Shown here: piece after piece, positions 26,702 through 35,269 of the stretch
Layout of the letters: each line of letters begins with the position of its first letter
How positions within the stretch are numbered: the first letter of the stretch is position 1
Origin: Octopus bimaculoides
Taxonomy: Eukaryota
Direction: 5' to 3'
Length of the DNA stretch: 37,978 bases
Assembly: GCF_001194135.2 (NCBI RefSeq)
Contig: NC_068995.1
Coordinates: 29,622,948 to 29,660,925, forward strand
The notes under the pieces: model-generated
What the model was told of the DNA's origin: nothing
Database searches by the model: none
The model's input: only the letters and a program-made list of their open reading frames with translations
Translations under genes and position numbers: made by a program

Positions 26702-27214
26702 TAGTAATGCCTCGATATATGAGTCAATTTGTTCCCGGAGACCGCTCATAAAGCGAAAACTTGTTAAGCAGAATAATAATTTCCCTTTTAAATCGTACTT
26801 CATTGCCGGAAAAATATTATACCTATAGAATGTACAGAATATTTTATGTAAAGTAAAAAGAATGTCAAGATCATTTATAATTAAAAATATTATTATTTTA
26901 ATCGTTTTCTGCATCGCTTTCACTCGACTAGACTCGCGCACACAATCACTGTAGACGCAATCGCCGATTCACAAAGCTTTCGTAGACGGGCTTGTAAATT
27001 TCTTTTTAAAATATACATCTAGAGTTGTTTTCTTAGAAGAAGCTTTTTTTTCGCTCTATAAATTTCTTGCTAACATGCAAAAGAATTTGTTATGGTAGTA
27101 GAAACCATTGCACTTCGTTGAAATTCTGAATCTTGTGCTTGAAGAATTTATCATAAAATAAAACTCGTAAACCTGGCGTCTCATAAAGCGGGTCCTCGTA
27201 AAGTGAGGTATAAC

Positions 27215-27216
<2 letters not shown>
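26702..27216. mobile_element. Tigger/pogo-like MITE
   Basis: TIRs TAGTAATGCCTCGATATATGAG / CTCGTAAAGTGAGGTATAACTA, flanked by TA on both sides. No ORF. Confidence 0.65.
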
Positions 27217-27254
<38 letters not shown>

Positions 27255-27259
<5 letters not shown>

Positions 27260-27381
27260 CTGCGGCCATACTGGGGTACTGTCTTGAAGAATTTGTAGTC
27301 TCTTTTGCCGAACCGCTAAGTTACGTAAACACACCAACACCGGTTGTCGAGCGGTGGTGGGGGACAAATACAGACACGAAG

Positions 27382-27385
<4 letters not shown>
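27255..27385. repeat. Probable dispersed-repeat (SINE-like) fragment ending in (CA)n; related fragment at 28686-28725
   Basis: CTGCGGCCATACTGG is shared with CTGTGGCCATGCTGG at 28700-28714. Confidence 0.45.
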
Positions 27386-27425
<40 letters not shown>

Positions 27426-27573
27426 ACATANNNNNNNNNNNNNNNNNNNNNNNNNNNNNNNNNNNNNNNNNNNNNNNNNNNNNNNNNNNNNNNNNNNNNN
27501 NNNNNNNNNNNNNNNNNNNNNNNNNNNNNNNNNNNNNNNNNNNNNNNNNNNNNNNNNNNNNNNNNNNNNNNNN

Positions 27574-27632
<59 letters not shown>

Positions 27633-27646
27633 CATACATACATACA

Positions 27647-27677
<31 letters not shown>

Positions 27678-27971
27678 TCGGTCGGCCTGAGGCTATAGTA
27701 GAAGACACTTGCCCAAGATAAAACAAGAACATTTATATTGTAATCTATTCATTTCTTGGGTACATTCCGATTGTACAATTAAATAGCTGTTGCGCAAATT
27801 GTATAGCACTAGGTATTTTAAAATATTACTGAAATGTACAAAGGTTATGAATTAAAATATCAATGATACTGATTTCATTCCTTTCTTGTTCATTTTTTTC
27901 TTCTTTTTTTTATCTGCAATTAGTTTCCTCTCTGCATATATTATAGCCTGTACAATGCAACTGATGCAACT

Positions 27972-28124
27972 GTATGTATGCATGTATGTATGTATGTATG
28001 TATGTATGTATGTATGTATGTATGTATGTATGGATGGATGGATGGATGGATGTATGTATGTATAGATGGATGTATAGATGGATGTATAGATGGATGTATA
28101 GATGGATGTATGGATGGATGGATG
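27972..28124 (+). repeat. (TGTA)n/(TGGA)n/(TGTATAGATGGA)n compound microsatellite
   Basis: Direct inspection. Confidence 0.95.
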
Positions 28125-28127
28125 TCA

Positions 28128-28680
28128 TTATTCAGTTTTGTTTTAAGATTTCTTGCCAATAGAGAAAGAGCCAGTCTCTAACCTACATCCAAGGCTCCTT
28201 CGTTAGAAGTTCAACAAGATCAACAAGGTTTTTTTGTATGTATGTATAGGTGAAGATTTGTATGTTTTGTTTTATATGTGTATTCTCATGCATATAGTTG
28301 CATATCTAGACATATTCATATATACTTAAATGATAAATTTCTGGAAAGTTTTACAAATTTTTACAGTTCCAGTGATGGCTTGGATCTGTAGTCTTGGTAT
28401 CAGCTTTCTCCTTTCTGGTTTTCAGAAGCCGAATTTTTTAAGGTTGGTATTTAGGTAGTGAGTTACAAATCTCAGTGCTCTGATAATTGCAGGTATAAAA
28501 CCTGAATATGTAATCTGGATAGAGTAACTATAGATTTCTCAATAGTTCAGCATAGGCATTTTCGTTTTCACTAATTTTTAGCTTTATGTTAACATCCGCT
28601 GGGTAGCTGATTTCCACAACTGGACATTCTCTTCTCTATCCCAAATCACTATGTCAGGTCTATGTGTTCTTTTTAATTCT
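28128..28680 (-). mobile_element. Second, divergent R4/Dong-like 3' fragment (RLE domain + 3' UTR) abutting a (TGTA/TGGA)n microsatellite
   Basis: HRPDIVIWDREE..VVEISYPADVNIKLKIS..LLRNL*LLYPDY..GTVKICKTFQKFII*, collinear with the neighbouring copy. Confidence 0.82.
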
Positions 28681-28809
28681 TTTACATGTTTCAGCCTTGA
28701 AGCTGTGGCCATGCTGGAGTACTGCATGTATATGTGTATGTATATGTCTCTTCTAGTTTTTAATTATTATAAATCTTCCACTGAGGAGGAATGTAGTTAA
28801 CAGACAAAT

Positions 28810-30003
28810 TTACATTTGGAACTTGAGAAAAGTGCTGCATATTTTTACTGTTCCACTCACAGATTGCACTTGTAATGTATAAAATAGCCGGTCGATTTCT
28901 CTCTCTGAAAATCCCAGTTTATCTAAATTCTCTTTTAAGCATTTACTAACAAAACCTAGTGCTTCAATTTTTATTGGTATGAATATGAATTCATAGTCTG
29001 GATATAGAAGCTAGAGGTTTCGAAGCAGTTGTCCATAAATATCCTCTTTTTCTTTGATTTTCAAAGAGATATTTATACCTGCAAGGCAGCTGACCTCTAT
29101 GATGGCACGCACCTTTGCCCCTCTGTCCCAAACAACAATATCCGGCCTATTATGTTTATATTTGACAGAAGTTTTGATACGAACATTCTACCAGTATTCC
29201 TTGAATTGGTGTTTTTGAATGTATTCCATAACAGACAGATTTTCTAAGTTTACTTCAGTACAGTCTTTTTTTGCGGATGGCATTGTAAATTGTTTTAGCA
29301 ACAACATCGGGTCGCATAGAGAGGTAGTACCGTGACGACATTTCAGGACAGTTGCTAATCACATGCGTGATATCTTCCACAGAAACATGACATAGCCTAC
29401 ACATGCGGTTGCACCTTGGGATTACAAGGGCGTCACTGTCTCTCTTGTTCACCAGGTACTTTGTGGCAATCCCCTGTTCCTGGATTGCAAACGCATAGCC
29501 TTCAAAGTGAGATGTGATGTAGTAGTCTTGTGTCCAAGAAAGGCTGCGCTTCATGTCAATTCTACTGTCTTCTTGAAGTCTCTGGGCGACACACCCATGC
29601 GTAGTCTTTTTTTGAATGCTGAGTGTTTTCCATCCAGGTCTTCTCTGAGGTAAGCGATCCCAGCTGTTTTAGGACTGTATAGGAGATCATCAGGAAGAGA
29701 GTGCTTCTTAAGGAGCTACCAACTCATACAATGTTGCTCACTTCACTTTTCAACACTTCATTTATATATTTATTTTTGCTGCTGTTGTTCAGCAGGTGCT
29801 GCCTGAGTGATACCATACGACTTTCGAAGACTATCTGCACTGATCTCAGGCCTCTGCCACCTTCATTTCCTCTTAGGTAGAGCCTGTCAACATCACTGTT
29901 TCTGTGGAAGTTCCCAGTTGCTGTCAGGATTTTGCAGGTTTTGATATCTATGGAGTGGATTTCCTCTATAGACTAATCAAGTATCCCAAATGTTGGGATC
30001 AGC
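28810..30003 (-). mobile_element. 5'-truncated R4/Dong-clade non-LTR retrotransposon remnant (RT C-terminus, CCHC knuckle, restriction-like endonuclease)
   Basis: Motifs VDRLYL..EGGRGL, FAIQEQGIATKY, CRLCHVSVEDITHVISNC, HNRPDIVVWD..IIEVSC and KEKEDIYGQL, ending GTVKICSTFLKFQM* at 28810. Stops and frameshifts are present. Confidence 0.88.
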
Positions 30004-30028
30004 ACATATACATGTATGTATGTATGTA

Positions 30029-30398
30029 AGAATGAAGAATTTGAGCATTCAAACTTTATGTTTATTTCCAGGTTAGAATAAAAGCCCGACACGTGTTTCG
30101 ATGATCACTGCTAGTGACGCTATTGAATTTCACCCAAACAAACAGTCAAGGAAAACATCTCATTGAGGAATGTTCAGAGTCTACTACTGCTACCAAATCT
30201 AATTCAAACTAATTGAGGAGAAAAATTCCTCTTCAAGCTATGTCAAATTTATTTGCCCTGAAGAGATCTCATCAATAATGCATAAATTTCTGCATATGAA
30301 TATGCAACAAAACGCGATTGGTGCGATCGAAACACGAGTCGGACTTTTATCCAAACAGGAAATAAATATGAAGTTTGAATGTTCAAATTCTCCATTCT
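30029..30398. mobile_element. ~370 bp element with ~80 bp inverted ends and a hammerhead-like core
   Basis: The ends AGAATGAAGAATTTGAGCATTCAAAC.. and ..GTTTGAATGTTCAAATTCTCCATTCT are inverted repeats. The plus strand has CUGAAGA (30258-30264), helix II GAUC-CAUCAAU/AUUGGUG-GAUC, GAAA (30329-30332) and AC-ACGA-GU-C (30340). The left arm carries the perfect palindrome ACACGTGT. Confidence 0.7.
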
Positions 30399-30613
30399 CC
30401 TCATATTAATATTATTCTTTACACTCTAAGTACCTAAGAAATGAGCTGGAACATCGGATGAGAGTTGAAGGTAGATTACCAAAATACGCACACGCACCAT
30501 CGGAAGGAACCAGCCTTGACATTTTACTCAAAGAAATTCGATATCTGCCTGGATGTCATATCCCTCTTCTTACCATATGTGTGTGTATGTGTGTAAGTGT
30601 GTTTGCATGTAGG

Positions 30614-30657
<44 letters not shown>

Positions 30658-30822
30658 GTAGTATATTGCCACTTAAGTGTGGCTGACCCCTAGGGGTGGA
30701 TGTTACTGTTGCTTTTAGCCCCAGGAGGACATCTCCTCCAGCTGGCTTATCGACACACGACTGTGTCCTGTTTGCCAAGGGAAGTTATCCCTCTCACCTC
30801 GATCTGCAGCACGAACGTATCC

Positions 30823-31482
30823 NNNNNNNNNNNNNNNNNNNNNNNNNNNNNNNNNNNNNNNNNNNNNNNNNNNNNNNNNNNNNNNNNNNNNNNNNNNNNN
30901 NNNNNNNNNNNNNNNNNNNNNNNNNNNNNNNNNNNNNNNNNNNNNNNNNNNNNNNNNNNNNNNNNNNNNNNNNNNNNNNNNNNNNNNNNNNNNNNNNNNN
31001 NNNNNNNNNNNNNNNNNNNNNNNNNNNNNNNNNNNNNNNNNNNNNNNNNNNNNNNNNNNNNNNNNNNNNNNNNNNNNNNNNNNNNNNNNNNNNNNNNNNN
31101 NNNNNNNNNNNNNNNNNNNNNNNNNNNNNNNNNNNNNNNNNNNNNNNNNNNNNNNNNNNNNNNNNNNNNNNNNNNNNNNNNNNNNNNNNNNNNNNNNNNN
31201 NNNNNNNNNNNNNNNNNNNNNNNNNNNNNNNNNNNNNNNNNNNNNNNNNNNNNNNNNNNNNNNNNNNNNNNNNNNNNNNNNNNNNNNNNNNNNNNNNNNN
31301 NNNNNNNNNNNNNNNNNNNNNNNNNNNNNNNNNNNNNNNNNNNNNNNNNNNNNNNNNNNNNNNNNNNNNNNNNNNNNNNNNNNNNNNNNNNNNNNNNNNN
31401 NNNNNNNNNNNNNNNNNNNNNNNNNNNNNNNNNNNNNNNNNNNNNNNNNNNNNNNNNNNNNNNNNNNNNNNNNNNNNNNNNN
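30823..31482. other. Assembly gap (N run); others at 19147-19278, 25299-25615, 27431-27573, 32313-32496, 34581-35058 and 35938-36200
   Basis: N runs, mostly flanked by microsatellites. Confidence 0.99.
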
Positions 31483-31496
31483 TAAACATATATGTT

Positions 31497-31858
31497 CTAA
31501 ATGTATCTACGCATACAAACGTGTTTGTGTATTTGTGTGGATGTAGTATGTATGTATTAGATTGTTAAAAAGAAATGTTGTTTTAGAGTAATCTAATGAA
31601 TGATGATATAAATGACAACAACGTGAATTGTTTAACCTGCTATCTCTCAAAATATTTCTCAGGCTTCACAGTTACGAAATTTGTAAATGCAGTATTTCTG
31701 GCTTCCATATCATTGAAGCTTTTATTGCGGATAAAAGCACAAAATGCTTGAAAATATGATCAAGTATTGGGGAAACGTCAAATGAGTTTGGAAGAAACTG
31801 CAAGATTTTGTAATTCAATTTTCAATACATAAATACAGTAAGAAGCGTGAGATTCTAA
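31497..31858 (+). repeat. ~350 bp direct duplication, copy 2
   Basis: See 25750-26095. Confidence 0.9.
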
Positions 31859-32268
31859 TACTATCAGTAAAGAATACTGCTCCAATTAACAAATGTGGGC
31901 TGTTTGAGAGATAATTGTAAATGTTTTCCAGTGATCGGATGACAAATTGGCTGGGCTGTTACCGTTTCCTGTTTCCTGAAATGGAAATCCGGTATATATC
32001 CATCAAACCTTGACTACAATGTTTTGTGAGTGCAAGACCATTAACATACGACTCAGCTTTTCGATCTTGTCTAGGTCATTCTCTTTTGTAAGGTCCATGT
32101 TTCATTATAGGTCAACAAGTGACTGCAAAACTTTGGCACCTATATTTCCTGATTTAAAGCAGTTAAACCAATGCCGAACAGTTCACATTGTTGTATTGTT
32201 CTTTGCAAATGCTGTGCTGATATCTTATATTTATAAGTGTATATGAGCGAATGAGCGAGTGTGCGCGA

Positions 32269-32312
<44 letters not shown>

Positions 32313-32545
32313 NNNNNNNNNNNNNNNNNNNNNNNNNNNNNNNNNNNNNNNNNNNNNNNNNNNNNNNNNNNNNNNNNNNNNNNNNNNNNNNNNNNNNNNN
32401 NNNNNNNNNNNNNNNNNNNNNNNNNNNNNNNNNNNNNNNNNNNNNNNNNNNNNNNNNNNNNNNNNNNNNNNNNNNNNNNNNNNNNNNNNNNNNNNNATAT
32501 ATATTATAACAATAAGTCTAAGTTGGATTTTATAAATATTTAATG

Positions 32546-32679
32546 CATCGCTACGCGCGTTTCCACAAATCATATGACTTTAGCATGAAAGTCCGTATCC
32601 TCGAGATGAGTATAGTATAGTCCGTATTATCCGTGAACATCGGTTGATCATCATCATTGATTTATTTCATCAGGTGATA
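32546..32679 (-). ncRNA. Type I hammerhead motif (left arm of the 33 kb foldback)
   Basis: Mirror copy: AUCAC-CUGAUGA...GAAA-CGCGCG-UA-GCGAU, with one helix I mismatch. Confidence 0.7.
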
Positions 32680-32957
32680 CTGCTTTAGTGGATTAATCAC
32701 AGAGGGACGTTTATCCCTTCTCGCCAGTATAAAGGGCAACCTAGCTATGTGGGTATTTCTGTATGTACTTGGCAGGGGGAGGTAGGTGATGGGAGTAGAG
32801 GAAGGAATGGTATCCCTATATTGCTACCATTCCTTCCTCTACTCCCATCACCTACCTCTCCCTGCTAGGTACACACAGAATATCCACATAGCTAGATTGG
32901 TCGTCATACTGGCAAAAAAGGGATAAACATACCTCTGTGATTAATCCACTAAAGCAG

Positions 32958-33092
32958 TATCACCTGATGAAATGAATCAATGATGATGATCAACCGGATG
33001 CTCACGGATAATACGGACTATACTATACTCATCTCAAGGATACGGACTTTGATTTTAAAGCCATGTGATTTGTGGAAACGCGCGTAGTGATG
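32958..33092 (+). ncRNA. Type I hammerhead motif (right arm of the 33 kb foldback)
   Basis: UAUCAC-CUGAUGA(32964-32970)-helix II AAUGAAUCA..UGAUUUGUG-GAAA(33075-33078)-CGCGCG-UA(33086)-GUGAUG. Helix III is the palindrome ACGCGCGU. The first helix II pair is an A.G mismatch. Confidence 0.75.
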
Positions 33093-33332
33093 TATTAAAT
33101 ATTTATAAATTCTATCTCTCTATCTATCTAGGTCATCCCTCAGGACGCCCCATTTATAAATTCCATCCTAGAATTATTGTTATTATTATAGTTATCCTAC
33201 ATTATATCGGTATAACCACGATGCAAACCCGAAAAACTGACTCAGTAGTCAGTATCATCAAACGGTAACCGGCATAATGAAATAGGAGATTTATTTGCAT
33301 GCTCTTAACGTTACCATAAACGAATTTAAAAG

Positions 33333-33439
<107 letters not shown>

Positions 33440-33681
33440 TGTGTGTGTGTGTAAATGTGCATACATGAAAATACATATGGATAAGCATTTGTAATGGGAC
33501 TTATCAAAGGAATTAGTACTCATAAAGATACGCATAAATGGATAGATTAAAAACCTAGCGACAAGCCAATAAGCCAACCACGCAGAACAAAACAACTACA
33601 ACAACAACTACAACAAAATAACAACATGATCCCATATACTTACAAACATGAATACACAAATACATTACGTACGTATATACG

Positions 33682-34045
33682 TATGAAACAGAGGTACTAT
33701 CGAGGGATTCCAGTGAGGCAACGCAAGTACAGAGATATATGGGCGAAATTAATGGGCCTTTAAAGAGTAGGCCCAGTAATCACAAATCTTTTAAAATTCA
33801 GGGTAGACGCAATATCACAGCATTGATGATATTAGGATTGTTTAGAAAAACGCAGCACGCTATAATATCAACTGGAGAATACTGGAAAAGTTCAGACATA
33901 CCTCAACAGTAGTATGAGTTGCACTCTGTTTGGCAGAGATGAGGATTATTCTGGAGAATTCCCTCCATCCAATAACCTAGAGAAGTCTTAAAGCGATATG
34001 CTTTTCCCATGTCCTAATGACTAGAAATATATCTTAGCCAACTGA
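33682..34045 (+). mobile_element. Second Penelope-like remnant (GIY-YIG endonuclease region only), decayed
   Basis: Translation YETEVLSRDSSEATQVQRYMGEINGPLKSRPSNHKSFKIQGRRNITAL, then across frameshifts YNINWRILEK, SCTL/CLAEMRIILENSL and DMLFPCP..KYILAN*. This is collinear with the endonuclease of the 35.3-38 kb element. Confidence 0.8.
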
Positions 34046-34469
34046 TCGGTTCCATACAAGTAGTAATGTTCGTTCTTGCCTCGTTAGAAGTTCTCTCTCC
34101 TTAAAAAAGAAATTTTTCTTCCACACATCCAGCGCTTACACACGCCTATACATATACTCACATCTTTAAAAGATTTCTCACCTTTTTCCTTTATTTGTCA
34201 CTCTTCCTGTCACCTTTTCTACGTTTCCCTAAACCTGCTTCATTCCACAATTACATATACAAAATATCGCGGTCGACACTTGAGTGCCGAAATGCAGAAC
34301 AATGACTGACAATAAACATATAGTGTGTTAGTAGTACATGTATTTTTAGTCAAAAAAGTAATCAATATGCTGGGGAAAATATTTCATTTTTAACAAGTAC
34401 GGTTGGAAACAAGCTTTGAGATATAACATAAAATCATATTACATATCTATCTACCTACCTACAAGTCTA

Positions 34470-34514
<45 letters not shown>

Positions 34515-34541
34515 TTATCACTCTGTATGTATGTATGTATG

Positions 34542-34580
<39 letters not shown>

Positions 34581-35269
34581 NNNNNNNNNNNNNNNNNNNN
34601 NNNNNNNNNNNNNNNNNNNNNNNNNNNNNNNNNNNNNNNNNNNNNNNNNNNNNNNNNNNNNNNNNNNNNNNNNNNNNNNNNNNNNNNNNNNNNNNNNNNN
34701 NNNNNNNNNNNNNNNNNNNNNNNNNNNNNNNNNNNNNNNNNNNNNNNNNNNNNNNNNNNNNNNNNNNNNNNNNNNNNNNNNNNNNNNNNNNNNNNNNNNN
34801 NNNNNNNNNNNNNNNNNNNNNNNNNNNNNNNNNNNNNNNNNNNNNNNNNNNNNNNNNNNNNNNNNNNNNNNNNNNNNNNNNNNNNNNNNNNNNNNNNNNN
34901 NNNNNNNNNNNNNNNNNNNNNNNNNNNNNNNNNNNNNNNNNNNNNNNNNNNNNNNNNNNNNNNNNNNNNNNNNNNNNNNNNNNNNNNNNNNNNNNNNNNN
35001 NNNNNNNNNNNNNNNNNNNNNNNNNNNNNNNNNNNNNNNNNNNNNNNNNNNNNNNNNNACATACTTTACTTAATGGTTTATTTGGATAACTTGCGGAAAA
35101 AATATTGATATATTGAATCACTGATACACTAAGACATACATACATATACACAAATTCTTATGTACATGTGTGTGTGTGAGTATATAAATATATATATATC
35201 GCCTGTAAAAACATAAATCAGAAAGAAGAAGCACACTCTAGGATATAGAGTAATATATATTAAAAACTG

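Larger units (their letters stand above)
32526..33112. mobile_element. ~590 bp foldback element: inverted pair of PLE pLTR-like arms, each with a hammerhead motif
   Basis: Arms of ~285 bp are near-perfect reverse complements around a 12-nt loop (32813-32824). Confidence 0.85.

Noticed and set aside
30668-30822. GC-richer segment with small hairpins next to a gap
   Set aside because: Probably the end of a repeat, but truncated by Ns and unassignable from this window.
31932-31991. 60-nt candidate exon (TTTTCCAG..CG/GTATAT; DRMTNWLGCYRFLFPEMEIR)
   Set aside because: Weak donor, no recognisable homology and no partner exons. The adjacent minus strand has an RTE-like ETWTL trace.
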